Below the pieces are notes generated by a model. It was given only the letters and a program-made list of their open reading frames with translations. It was not told where the DNA came from and did no database searches. Source: Octopus vulgaris (Eukaryota). Taken from it: 64,000 bases of DNA. Both the position numbers and the translations under genes were made by a program. The stretch covers positions 26,102,001 to 26,166,000 of the forward strand of contig OX597830.1 of the NCBI GenBank assembly GCA_951406725.2, in the 5' to 3' direction. Positions within the stretch are counted from its first letter, which is position 1. Each line of letters starts with the position of its first letter. Below, piece after piece: positions 1 through 13,619 of the stretch.

Positions 1-603
1 TGTGTGTGCGCTTGTGTGTGAGCTGTGGTTTCATAAGGCCCGCTGAAACTAAATAATGTCGATGTATGCGGATCTTTAGTTTCAGCAACTGGCTTCTCAA
101 ACATTTTTCGCCTTTGGAAAGTTTCGATCTCAACTTAACTCTAGTTTTATAATTAAATATTTCCAGGAATTGTATAAAAAATTGCTAAACTCTTTTCTGC
201 ATTGTAGAAGTATAACCGATATATTTTACATAAATTTTAACGGCCAAGTCTTACGATACATTCCAGATATAATAAAGAAATCCAGTGGTTCTCAACTGGG
301 GGTGCATATTTCTCTTGAGGTTCTCAAGTTGAGAACCACTACATTTCTTTATTATATCTGGAAGGAATTTTTTATTCAACATATTGAAGCCTTACTAGAA
401 AAGTTACGCTGTACGTAGGTCGAATCATCACATCTTCAAATTTCCATACTTTTCTCCGGAGGTCACTATAATTCGAACGGCTAAAATAATGATGTACATC
501 TAATTGATTATCTTATATCAACCACAAAATGTTTTTGTGTTAAATAAATGCTTTCATACGTCATATGAGTTGTTAATAAATCTATTTACACATATATTTT
601 CAG

Positions 604-786
604 ATTCCTATGTGAAAGTGTGTCTCTTAATTCAGAACAAGATTGTCAAATCGAAAAAAACTGCGATTGTGAAGCGAACCATCGACCCGAACTTTAGCGA
701 GTCTTTCACTTTTAAGCTCTCTTCATCGTCACTTGATACGGCAAGCATAAGTGTTAGCACTATGCAACATTTCACCGGTGCTAAAG
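604..786 (+). CDS. SYT15: Synaptotagmin-15-like, penultimate coding exon (C2B domain)
   Basis: Acceptor ttttcag at 597-603 and donor G|gttagt at 786/787. Translation (D)SYVKVCLLIQNKIVKSKKTAIVKRTIDPNFSESFTFKLSSSSLDTASISVSTMQHFTGAK matches the C2B pattern DSYVKV...KKT...P.F.ESF.F. Phase 1 at both ends and joins in frame to the 5408 exon. Confidence 0.88.
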
Positions 787-1217
787 GTTAGTGTCATAAG
801 TCCTGGTCACTCCGTGTTAACTTTCTGAGTTGTGCTGCACAAATTGCGGACGAAGCCGAGTTTCAGCAGAACTTTGAAAAGTTTAAAGTAGGTACTCTCT
901 CAAGTTCTCTGAGCCGGTTACTCTGTGTCTGCGGAATGTAGGTTAGCGAGATTATAATATTCCTTTTGAACGGAACGCCAGTCTGCCACAGCTCTACTCA
1001 TTATCAAGTTTACTCATTTTCGGTCCGGGAATCAAAACTACGACCTTGGAAGCATCACCCTAACTGCTAGACTACGCATCTTCACCTTGAGAAGTTTAGC
1101 AAAATGTTATTTGCATGAAGAAAGTAAGTCCAAGATCAGCGCTCTGATTCTAAATTTTTTATGGAGTCTGAAACTGGGATAACAATCATTACTTTACTTG
1201 TAATTCGTTGTCGTGAA

Positions 1218-1520
1218 GGCGTATGGCTCAGTGGTCAGAGCGTAGGCCTCGGAGTCATGCGGTAGTGAGTTCGATTCCCGGACTGGGTTGTGTGTTGTGT
1301 TATTGAGCAAGTTATTTTATTTCAAGTTGTTGCATTTCAATCATCTGTAGAAATGAGGTGTGACGTCATTGGTGCCAAGCCTTTGCCTTTCCCTGGATAA
1401 CATCGGTGGCGTGCAAAGGGGAGGCTGCTATTCATGGGCGACCGCTGGTCTTCCATAAGCAAACTTGTCTGAACTTGTGCCTCAGACCAAAAATGGGCTT
1501 GACCGGTGAGGGGGTGGCTA
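1218..1520 (+). mobile_element. tRNA-derived SINE, family C (gagcaagacactt-type core)
   Basis: Head GGCGTATGGCTCAGTGG...GAGTTCGATTCC (A/B boxes); body homologous to 41105-41410. Confidence 0.75.
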
Positions 1521-1604
1521 CCCCAATTTACCCTAATTCATTGTTGTTTTTAAAATTTGGTATGAACCAAATGCTCACTCTCATCCAGTGAAATATAATA
1601 ATAT

Positions 1605-1815
1605 CTATTTCTTTACTACCCACAAGGGGCTAAACAAGGACAGATAAACGGATTAAGTCGATTATATCGATCCCAGTGCGTAACTGGTACTTATTTAATT
1701 GACCCCGAGAGGATGAAGGGCAAAGTCGACCTCGGCGGAATTTGAACTCAGAACGTAACGGAAGACGAAATACGGCTACGCATTTCGCCCGGCGTGCTAA
1801 CGTTTCTGCCAGCCC
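1605..1815 (-). mobile_element. SINE family B (gagttcaaattccgccgaggtcgac core)
   Basis: Reverse complement matches 20440-20660 and other copies at about 2545-2770, 4610-5200, 16560-16770, 38885-40205 and 40760-40930. Confidence 0.8.
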
Positions 1816-2149
1816 GCCTGAAATACAATATCATCTTGCCACCGTGATGTCTGCTGCCATTGCAGTCGCCGATGGGGCAGTTGCTGCCACTCACTTGTTC
1901 TTCAATGTCACATGATAAGCCTTTTCTGTATTTTGCAGCTCTTACTCTCTTTCCCATTTCCTTCGAGCACCGTCTCATTCATTGTGTGATATAGTCACTA
2001 TATATTTTAAATATCCGTCGCAGACATCTGGCCTGGAATAGTCGAGTTTTTTGCTCTCTCTTCTGGTCATTTTCCAAGTCTCAGAGCCATTCTTCAGAAC
2101 CGCCTTCATCAAAGTTTTGAATAGTTTCATTATGGAGTTATAACTGATG

Positions 2150-2268
2150 CTTTAGCGAGTCTTTCACTTTTAAGCTCTCTTCATCGTCACTTGATACGGC
2201 AAGCATAAGTGTTAGCACTATGCAACATTTCACCGGTGCTAAAGGTTAGTGTCATAAGTCCTGGTCAC
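2150..2268 (+). repeat. Exact 119-bp intronic duplicate of 692-810 (3' half of the SYT15-like exon plus its splice donor)
   Basis: ctttagcgagtc...gctaaaggttagtgtcataagtcctggtcac is identical at both positions. Confidence 0.95.
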
Positions 2269-2829
2269 AAATAATGTGTAATATGCTCATAACTCTGTTG
2301 CTGTTGTGGTTATTGTTGATTTTTCTGTCCTTAGGACAACTTTGATTCCATAATAAACGACTTTGACTTAGGCAAAGTATTGACAGTCCCGTCTTATTAA
2401 GATAACAAGGTATCCAATACTACAATATCCAATGTCTCCTACATTATTTTTTTTACCATGTGCAGCCTAAACGTAACGTTCTCCGTTGGTTGATTCACAC
2501 TTCAAAATTTTAACTGTTTGCTATCACTAATCATACAGTCACAAGGCAGCAGGCAGGGAGAATCGTTTGCACGCCGGACAAATTATTTAGCGGAATTTCA
2601 TCTGCCTTTACGTTCTGAGTTCAAATTCCGCCAAGGTCAACTTGGACGTTCATCTCTTTGGGATCAATAAAGTAATTTCCAGTCAAGTATTGAGGTCGGT
2701 GCAATCGACTAGTTCCCTTCTCTAAAGTTTCTGGCCTTGTGCGTTGAGTAGAAAGGATTATTATTATTAATCTTTAATCTTTAAATTGCTTCAGCATCAA
2801 AGCTGCGGTCATGCTGGGCCACGACCGTT

Positions 2830-3420
2830 GACTGTGCTACACCATTATTTGAAAGCTCTTCTGATATTTTGCATATGGGGAATTGGGGAGATTGATGCCA
2901 TGCCCTCATCTGTGTTTCCTGCCGTGAGGTAGGCTCATCTGGAACCCTTTACTGGAGGAGATCCTGTTTTGCTTTGAAAACACCAATATCCACACCATAC
3001 AGGTCTGTCTGGTATTTTGGAAGGATACTGAAAAGATCTGGGCGCTTGAAACGCAATCTGTTGCAGTATCTGGCTCTGTATTTTGATGGTGATGCAGGGA
3101 TCTTTGGCACTATGCAGTTTTTTTCTGCTGTTTTTGTAATTTTCAAGGCCTTCCTGGATTTTCCAGATGTATATCCCTGAATAAATTTCTCGCATCTCTC
3201 CTAGGAAGAAATGTTTTAATTCTTTCAGTCTTTCCCAGTAGCTGTTTCGTTGCATTGAGTCGATTTTTTTTGTGTAGATCCGCTGGATTGCTTCGAAATC
3301 TGCTGGATTGCTTCGAGATCCGCTGGATTGCTTCGATATCCGCTGTGAATTTCATATTGTGAGGTAACTAGAGTTGGGAGCAGTAGTCCAAGCTGCTGAG
3401 AACGTATGCCCTCCAAAGGA
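2830..3420 (-). mobile_element. Degenerate CR1/L2-group LINE 3' fragment
   Basis: YWERLKELK...IYIWKI.EGL is typical of the C-terminus of CR1/L2-group ORF2. Frameshifted, with an internal 20-bp tandem (gatccgctggattgcttcga) at 3276-3345. Confidence 0.6.
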
Positions 3421-3421
3421 C

Positions 3422-3479
<58 letters not shown>

Positions 3480-3970
3480 GAGTGAGGGAGCAGTGCATGC
3501 CATCAAAGTGACACTGGGGTAAAATATATGAAACCCAGTATACCCATCATGACTACCCGTCTGATAATGGTTCACTAGGCACATGCATCTCAGCCATATG
3601 TGCGCGACATGGTGATCTCATATCAAGATAAACAGCAAATGACCTTGCAGATGGGGCCCAGTTAGAATTTTCTTCTGGTCGAGTAACCCATCTCGCTCAA
3701 AAGGTCCCTGAATAAGGATTGTTTAAGAATGTTGAACAAAACATCCATGTTTCCAGAGGTGAATTATCCAAACCTCAATGAATACCTTTCAACACACAGC
3801 TATGATGCTCCCCCATTACTTCTGCACGTGATCAGAGATGCACATATCGCCAGCCACTAAGGGACATGGTCAACTGTTTAAGGTCAAACAACTGACAAGC
3901 AAATCTGTGGTATTGAGCAGAATATTTGCTGTCGCCCATCTTTTATACCAAGATAAGACAATGTACATAA
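3480..3970 (-). mobile_element. Non-coding (AAT)n-embedded element, family E (5'-truncated copy)
   Basis: Reverse-complement match to 33106-33661; abuts (ATT)n at 3423-3479. Confidence 0.85.
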
Positions 3971-3977
3971 TATTCTT

Positions 3978-4069
<92 letters not shown>

Positions 4070-4070
<1 letters not shown>

Positions 4071-4561
4071 TTTTTTTTTTTTTTCCCTTCTTTCAAATTT
4101 GCTTCCATTTCTTGCCGAGTGTCTTCTCGACTCCTAGGGCAAAGAAACTCATAGTATACATTGGTAGGTCATTAAACTAAACTCACTTGTTCGTTCATTT
4201 TTTTTAAAGTTAAACTAAAATACATGAGTAGCAACAGTTCTCACATCGACAATGCTCTTCTCAATACGTGTGATGTACCAGTTAAGACAATCTTTTGCAC
4301 TTTTTGCAGGAATGGTAAGCCAGGGATCATTCTCATATAATTTTCGGTTCCCTTCATGATCATTCCTAGTGCTCCTACAATAACTGGTATTGTAACCGCC
4401 TTGAGATGTCACATTTTCTCAGTTTCAATGAGCAGGTCTTTATATTTTCTAAGCTTGTCAAACTCTTTCGCCGAGATATTATGATCACAGGGGATGCTCA
4501 TGTCGATCAATAAGCAAACTTTATTGTTTTGGTCTTTCACAACAATATCTGGTTTATTGGC

Positions 4562-4563
<2 letters not shown>
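4070..4563 (-). mobile_element. 3' fragment of the R4/Dong-like element (same family as 24363-28320), in the SYT15-like intron
   Basis: Close reverse-complement match to about 27825-28320 (RLE end + 3' UTR); (ATT)n on both sides. Confidence 0.9.
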
Positions 4564-4608
<45 letters not shown>

Positions 4609-5407
4609 GGTGCCGAATCTAGTACACCGGAGGAAAATGCTTAGCGGCATTTCCACCATTTTGCATTCTGTCTTCAGATTCCGCGGGGTCGACCCGCCTT
4701 ACGTCCTTTATAGGTCGATAAATTAAGTACCAGTTGAATACTGAGACTGATGTAATCGACTTACACCTTCTTCCGAACTTGCTGGCCTTGAGCCAAAATT
4801 TGAAACCATTATTATTAATGCGGCAAGCAGGCAGAATCCTTATCGTGCCGGACAAAATGCTCCGCAGCATTTCTTCCGATTTACATTCCGAATTCAAATG
4901 CCGCCGGGACTGAGTTGCCTTTCGTCCTATCAGAATCAATGAAATAAATTGCAGTTGAGCATTGAAGTAAATATAATCGACTTGTTCCTCTAACGAAATC
5001 ACTGGTATTGTGCCAAAATTGAAACAATTATTACATAAGAGTTTGGTCCAATGATTTACATTCTAAGTTCAATTCCCGCCGAGGTAAATACATTTTTTTT
5101 TGTTATCTTTTCGAAGTTCATTAAACAAAGTACCAGACTAATACTGGGGTCGATAATGTCTTTCCATCAAAAAATTCCTGGCCTGATAATTAAATCAGAA
5201 ACCTTATATTATATGCTTTATCATTTACTTGTTTTTAGTAATTACACAGTGGCCATGCTGGGGCACAGTCTTGAAGAACTTTTTAGTCGAATGAATCGGC
5301 TCCAGTACTTACTACGTTTAAAATTTGGTACTTATTTAATCGGGCTCTTCTGTCGAATCACTATGCATTTAAAATATTCACAATTTTTTTTCTGTTTGTC
5401 TTTGCAG

Positions 5408-5532
5408 ACAAAATGATCGGCCGAGTGGTCCTTGGATCTTTCATGTTCGCTCGTGGTCGGGAGCTGGAACACTGGAATGAAATGTTGAGCAGTCAACGGG
5501 ATCAAATCAGTTACTGGCACTCCCTCACCTAA
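5408..5532 (+). CDS. SYT15: Synaptotagmin-15-like, terminal coding exon
   Basis: Polypyrimidine tract + tttgcag acceptor ending at 5407. Translation (D)KMIGRVVLGSFMFARGRELEHWNEMLSSQRDQISYWHSLT* with TAA at 5530-5532. GRVV.G..M..RGRELEHW.EML...WH.L resembles SYT15 as I recall it. Not in the ORF track in this frame. Confidence 0.88.
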
Positions 5533-5716
5533 GAATCAGCCTCTCCTTCAATGATACGAATTACTGTAATAGAGTTTAATGTATGTGCATATATACATAA
5601 TACATACATACATACATACGCACACAAATATAAATATTCATATTTATATGTTTACATATATAAATATATATATATATCCATATATATGAATATATATAAA
5701 TATATATGTATATATA

Positions 5717-5756
<40 letters not shown>

Positions 5757-6670
5757 CATATACATAAATACATAGATATACATACATATATATATATATG
5801 CATTTACATATATATATATATGCATATATATGTATAAATGTGTATATATGATTATATTTATATACATATACACACATAAATGTAGGTATGTGTGTATATA
5901 TATACATATATATATATATATATACATATATACATATATATATGTATATATATACATATATGCATTATATTTACGCTTATATGTACATATATATATTCAT
6001 CATAAACATATTTTAGATAGATATATATATGATTTACATATATGCGTGCACACATGCATACATTTACGATGATGATCATAATAACGAACTAAATTTTTTA
6101 AAATATGATAATAACAACAACATCAATAATGAAAACAACAGCAAAAACAATTATAGTGATAATCGTAACAACAACATGAAACTTCTAGTATTAGTGAGAT
6201 GAAGCGATAGCGGTGATGATGATGATGAGGTAATAGATAAAACTACAGACATCTAATATAACGATCTTAGCAACGGCGTTACAGCTACGTTATAGCAAAC
6301 GCACAATATACACAGTATTATACAAACATACGAACAAATGCTTAACGATTCATATGCACACAAACACACATACACACGCACTTATATATATAACGATATA
6401 TATATATATATATATATAATTATATGTGTGTGTATGTATGTATGTAAATACACGCACGCACACACATACATATACATATACATATATATATATATACATA
6501 TATTGTTGTGGTCTAGTCAGTCTTTTACCGGTCTGAGTTTCGATGTGGGTACATGAGCTTTTTCACTAGGTTCTTACTCAGAATGGCAAGAAATTGATTC
6601 GATCAAAATTAGGTAATATCAATCTCAGCTATGACATACAGTATACGTTTTTCTGACAGTCACCACTAAG

Positions 6671-6751
<81 letters not shown>

Positions 6752-7095
6752 TCTTTATTTATATATATATAGAGAGAGAGACCAATAAATAAATGCACGC
6801 ATATATATATAAATATAATATACGCACATACATACACACATTCACACACGCACACGTATATTTATAACCAGATATATATGTATATGTATATACACACATA
6901 TGTATCATACGATTATTTTTCTGACATGAACAGTGCTTACAATCCGAACCTTACTCTGTTAGTTCTGATATGTAACCTCTCTGTTTACCTCTCACAAATT
7001 AATTATTTTAAGAGATTGTGCACACTTTCGTGAAAATTTCTCTTCAGCACTCGTATGTATGTTATTGTGCCATAAGTAACAGAAAACCGAACGTA

Positions 7096-7213
<118 letters not shown>

Positions 7214-7214
7214 A

Positions 7215-8430
7215 GAAGGTTGTAAAGTAACACCCGATTTGATATGTATAAGGAAAATAGGACAAGGTAGAAAATGCTAAAATTATTTTATCATGAAAAA
7301 CATTTTAGTACCGGTTTGTCTTTATGACTTTTTCAACTTTGAGTAAAGCATGAAAACAATTGAATTGAAGAAAATTTAAATGAAATGTTTTTTTTTAGTA
7401 TTTCCATAGTTTTCAAATGCATGGGACATTTTCCTTTTTTCTGTCGCTATCTCTTTTATTTTTATGACGGACCGCTAGGTAGGTTGTAGCAAATCTGAAG
7501 GAATATTTAATATGAGAGATGTGGATTCTTGGTTTTGAATGTTTAAGCAGTAGTAGCTGAAGAAGGAGACGGCGAAAAAGACGACGAAGAAGAAGAGGAA
7601 GGAGTAGGAAAAGAAGAGAGAGAATAAAAAATACAGGGGTGGTATGACAGTAGTAGGTTGTTGGTGAAGTGCTTTTTAATGGTCAAGTGACTTAAAAGTG
7701 ACCTTTTGTGGTTATAGCAGTAGTAAAAGGAATTGTTCTGTTCTGAATATATCGTTTGTAATATTTGCGTAGGTATTATTCTAAGGCCTTTATAGTAGTG
7801 TCATTTGGAGTCATTCAAAAGGAATTTATATTTTCCGATAAAATGTGACGCTTTACTAATGCACAGATTATAGGTTGCGTCGTCTCTGAATTTATAGAGG
7901 GGCTAAATTCTGAAGTTGGGTTGTTCGCTAGTGGCGCAAATGGCGATGTATTTGCTGAATGCTATTTTCTTTTATCCTGAATTTTGATCTGGCATCTATG
8001 TAGTATCATCCTTTGGCGTTGACTGTTTTTGGTTTGGCCTATGTATTGCTCTCGACACATTCTTCAGATCTGCTACTACCTACCTACCGAGCCTTCAAAA
8101 GGTAAAAAAGAGAGAGGGAGAAAAAAAGGAAAATGTCCCATGTATTTGAAAACTACGGAAATATTTTGGAAACAACATTTCATTTACTTTTTCCACAATT
8201 TAATTGTTTTCATGCTTTCCTCTTAGTTGAAAAGTCACCAATTCTGAAACCGGTACTAAACTTTCATTTACATTATTTACATTTGACGGATATTTGTCCC
8301 CATCTTGTTTGTTGTTAACATAGCGTTTCAGCTGATATACCCTTCAGCTGATATACCCTCCTGCCTTCTTCAGGTGTCTTCGGGAAATTTCGAACCTGGG
8401 TTCTCATTCTTAAGATATTTTTCGATGTAA

Positions 8431-8506
<76 letters not shown>

Positions 8507-8730
8507 CCAGCTCACTGCTTGGAATCGAATACGGAATCTTGGGGTTAGTAGCCCGCGCTCTTAACAACTACGCCATATGCAACAAACAAGATGAGGACAA
8601 ATATCCGTCGAATGTAAATGATGTAAATAATGTACATAATTCCTCATCTCAAATATAGAACTGTACGGTACTAAAATGTTCTTCATGATAAAATTATTGT
8701 AGTATTTTCTACCTATTCCTATTTTCCTTA
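7215..8730 (-). mobile_element. Penelope-like element remnant (GIY-YIG C-terminus + 3' UTR) with an inverted short arm
   Basis: Minus strand 8065-7810 reads CREQYIGQTKNSQRQRMILHRCQIK...FIGKYKFLLN. About 7245-7440 is inverted relative to 8120-8260 plus 8666-8730. The arm is interrupted by the insertion at 8261-8665. Confidence 0.7.
8261..8665 (-). mobile_element. tRNA-headed, hammerhead-bearing non-autonomous element (copy A), inverted-arm insertion
   Basis: TSD CGGTACTAAA at 8251-8260 and 8666-8675. Minus strand: tRNA-like head 8580-8507, (AAT)n, damaged hammerhead 8378-8317. Plus-strand short 3' arm at 8580-8665. Confidence 0.85.
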
Positions 8731-8738
8731 CACACACA

Positions 8739-8831
<93 letters not shown>

Positions 8832-9532
8832 TCATATAAAAACATATATAATTATACACGCACACACACTAACACATACACATACACACATATATATATT
8901 CATACATAAAATGCGAAAGTATTTCTAATAATGTATAATGTATTCTTACGATGCTGCGAGGTCACAAATTTGGGGAGAGAGAACAGTTGACTAAATTGAT
9001 CCCAGTATATGACTGGTATCTTAATCTATCTACCGTGATATGATGAAAGAGTAGATTTTGTAAAAAGTAAACAATGTTAACTTATGTATATGAAAAAAAT
9101 ATGGTGGATTTTAAAATATATACACTAACATGTTTGTGAGATATAAAATGTTATCATGAAATTATAACTTATTACTTTGGAAAGGAAATACTAATGAAAA
9201 TAATTCATTAAATAACGTATCCTGGATAGGCTATGTGTAACTTGGACAACAATATTTTGATTAGATGGTCATATATATCCAAAACACGAGATTGCCGTGA
9301 AACAATTTACGTACATATACACATACATTATATATACATATATACGTACAAATATACATGCGTATTTGTATGTATTCATGCATACATGCAAAAATGCAAG
9401 CATATGTAGACACTCATCTACACATGCTGTAGGCCGCACTCATAACTACACCGCTTATAATATTCATATAAATTACAAAGTACATCTTGTAAAAAAATAT
9501 TGTTCCGACTTTCAGGTACTTATATACATACA

Positions 9533-9608
<76 letters not shown>

Positions 9609-9762
9609 CATACATACATACATACATACATACATACATACATACATACATACATACATACATACATACATACATACGTACATACATACATACATAGACT
9701 GATAGATTATATCATATAATAACTATATATATAAGTACTCACACAAACACACACACACACAG

Positions 9763-9804
<42 letters not shown>

Positions 9805-9953
9805 GCGTATATATATACATACACTATAATTTAACTGAAAATTGATTCGAAAGCCGCATCCATTCGTGATTAGATGTGAAGGCATTTACCTACTCTATAC
9901 TGGCAATGTTACGCAATTCTATGTAGGTAAGTTTCCAAAATCCAAGGTGAGCG

Positions 9954-9985
<32 letters not shown>

Positions 9986-10067
9986 CGCTCACCATGGATT
10001 TTGGAAACTTACCTACATAAAATATACATATGAATACACACGCACACACACACATCTAACAGCGTCA

Positions 10068-10400
10068 GCGAGTTACAAACATCAAATTGGTAGTTGAATG
10101 CTACTATTAGTTTAACCCCAGACAAATACTCCGCCAGCTGGTTATCCAGTGCAATGCTCAGCTCGGTATATATATTCAATATATCGCAAACAGGGGGAGC
10201 GAACCCCAACTAATGTCCAGTTGCTAACAGTCCTGCGAAACTCTTAGCTGCTGGAGGATGTTAGGAGTTCGTTCCCCCTGCTAGCTATATATTATAAATA
10301 AAGGGTGCAGAGCACCTCACCGATAACCAGCTGGTGGAGAATCTGCCTGGAGTTAAACTAGTAGTAACATTCAACTGCCACTTCGATGTGGCGACTCGCT
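10068..10400. mobile_element. Imperfect fold-back / MITE-like element
   Basis: acatcaaattggtagttgaatgctact...ccagctggttatc is mirrored by gataaccagctgg...agtaacattcaactgccacttcgatgt. Confidence 0.6.
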
Positions 10401-10514
10401 TTAAAGTTTAGTATACGTTACTGCTCTATCTCTTGTTGAGATATTCTAACTACACATATTTACATGTGGATATATATCTATCTATACACACACATAGACA
10501 CACACACACACATA

Positions 10515-10548
<34 letters not shown>

Positions 10549-10745
10549 CCTATATACACACACGCATATATATATACATACAGACACACACAAAAAACAC
10601 ACACATATATATATATAATACAGGTCTATATGTATAAATATATACATGATTCTATATGTATATATGCACTCATACACACGTACTCATATGTGTTATATGT
10701 ATGTGAGCCATTTGTCATACATGTGTGTATGTATATATATATGTA

Positions 10746-10776
<31 letters not shown>

Positions 10777-10840
10777 CCATATGTATATATATATATATAC
10801 ACACATATATATACATATATATATAAACATATACATATGC

Positions 10841-10873
<33 letters not shown>

Positions 10874-10874
10874 C

Positions 10875-10983
<109 letters not shown>

Positions 10984-11363
10984 AGAGTCTTCCCAATCAG
11001 GTCAGACATGGAGATGAGCTATAGTTATACAGTAACCCAAGCACAAGTGACAGCAATTGCTAACAAACATTAAGCTCAGCCTATGCTAGTGAGATGTCAT
11101 TCACGTCGAAATGCGCAGTAAACTACCGCCTTTATTGGATTCTATTGAAAGCAAAATCAGTGTGTGTCGTATATATAAAAAAAAACACAAACAAACAAAA
11201 AAAACAACAAAATTACAACTCCTTAGATGCTATTACTCTGTTAATAATGTATTTATTTTCTCAATAAACCCATGAAAATTGATGTAAGAATACTCAAATG
11301 TTGATGTCATATGTATATTTTTAATACATACACGCATATAAGTGCATGCATGCATATATATAT

Positions 11364-11452
<89 letters not shown>

Positions 11453-11453
11453 C

Positions 11454-11511
<58 letters not shown>

Positions 11512-11512
<1 letters not shown>

Positions 11513-11707
11513 GGCAATTTTGTTGTTGAAAATGCACCTAAATTGGAAAAACTTGTAACCGTTTAAACTAAAATTATTTACATATATACGAAACCAGTTT
11601 CAACAAAAAATATTGTTGAAACTAGTTTGGTATTTATGTAAATAAATTTATTTCAAACGGTTACAAGATTTTCAAATTTAGGTGCATTTTCAACAACAAA
11701 TTTGCCT
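11512..11707. mobile_element. Palindromic MITE-like element (about 196 bp)
   Basis: aggcaattttgttgttgaaaatgcacctaaatt... mirrored by ...aatttaggtgcattttcaacaacaaatttgcct; the arms meet near 11610. Confidence 0.7.
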
Positions 11708-11744
11708 TTTTTTTTTCCTGCGTGGGAATACACACCCTCCTTTG

Positions 11745-11817
<73 letters not shown>

Positions 11818-12244
11818 TAAGAAGAGGTATGATAAATACAAAATGCAGTATATATCATTTGGTCCCAAGGTACGTTTCAACATTGTCGTTATTAGCATCC
11901 TGTTCAACAGGTGTTCCAAGCGCAATTGGATACTGAACCGCAACAATTCTTGGGGTGATCATTTGATTGCATTATCCCTACACAGATCGAATGCTTATAT
12001 ATATATATATATATATATATGTTTGTATATCATATGTTATGGAAGTGTAACTTGGAGCACGATTACATAAAGTTATACCAAAAAGAAGCAAAACCCTGAT
12101 GGTCATATTGGTTGTTCGAATGTTTCATTCAAATCGTGATTTTGGCAAATCTGTACAACTTTAATTTATGCGATTATGATTAAATTTATTAAAACAGACA
12201 TAAATTCTCCAAAACATTTGGAGTCGTCTTGCTTTTCGTTAATG

Positions 12245-12328
<84 letters not shown>

Positions 12329-12349
12329 GTCTGTCTGTCTGTCTGTCTT

Positions 12350-12444
<95 letters not shown>

Positions 12445-12513
12445 GTCTGTCTGTCTGTCTGTCTGTATATCTATCTATCTATCTATCCATCCATCCATCC
12501 ATCCATCTATCTG

Positions 12514-12575
<62 letters not shown>

Positions 12576-12588
12576 CATCCATCCATCC

Positions 12589-12659
<71 letters not shown>

Positions 12660-12663
12660 ATGC

Positions 12664-12696
<33 letters not shown>
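12245..12696. repeat. Compound (ATCT)n/(GTCT)n/(ATCC)n/(AT)n microsatellite
   Basis: Directly visible; source of the SIYL-type ORFs. Similar (TA)n, (TACA)n and (CA)n tracts occur throughout the window. Confidence 0.97.
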
Positions 12697-12697
<1 letters not shown>

Positions 12698-13619
12698 CTG
12701 TTAGTCTGCCGGGCCTGCCAGGTCTGTCTCTATATTTGCCTGTTTGTCTGTCTCTCTGTATGCATACATATACACGTCTGTATGCGTATGCGTGTGCGTG
12801 TGTAGGTACACACACACACACACACAAACATACACACACGCACACCCACACACACACACTCACACACACACAAACACACTTGATTATTCAAGGCAGAAGC
12901 AGTATTAATACAAAATGGCAATCTTTATACTAACTTAACGTGAAAGTTTTGTCAGATTGCCTAATATCACATTATTTACCGTGAGGGGACACATATGAAT
13001 GAAAGGGAGTATAGTTATATCGTTGGCAGACGAATTTCGTCTGGTGCGGGTGCTAGAAATACCAGATCATGTGATTTCGACGTACCCCGTTTTCTCGCTA
13101 GATACCGGACATCTATCACTGAGGAGAAAGAGTACACTGAAATCACATGATCTGGGAGTTCCGACATTCAGAGCAGACGAATCTCGTCTGCCTACAATAT
13201 AAATATGTGTCCTTTTAGTAACCATGCGCGCATATTAGAGGCCACTCGAGGTAAATAAGGCGATACTCTGCGTTCTAAAGGTGCCTATATAAGTATATGT
13301 GTGTGTGCGCGTGTGTACACGAATACACCCACACATGCACACGCACATGGCTATGTGGTAAGGTGGTAAGAAGTTTGCTCCTCAACCACATGTATATATA
13401 TGACTGGAATCAAATGACTAAACCAAGTAAAAGATACATATATCAAGATTGGCTGTCAGGTAAGAAGCTTGCTTCCCAACCACATGGTTCTGGGTGCAGT
13501 CCTACTGCGTAACACCTTGGAAAAGTATCTTCCATTATAGCCTCGGCCGATCAAAGCCTGTGTGTGTAGGTTTTGGTACACGGAAACTAAAAGAAGTTCG
13601 TAATATATATATATATATA

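Noticed and set aside
170-418. 82-aa ORF
   Set aside because: Non-ATG start, no recognisable motif, and lies in the presumed SYT15-like intron.
3276-3345. 20-bp repeats resembling an array
   Set aside because: Local slippage duplication inside a LINE fragment; no spacers.
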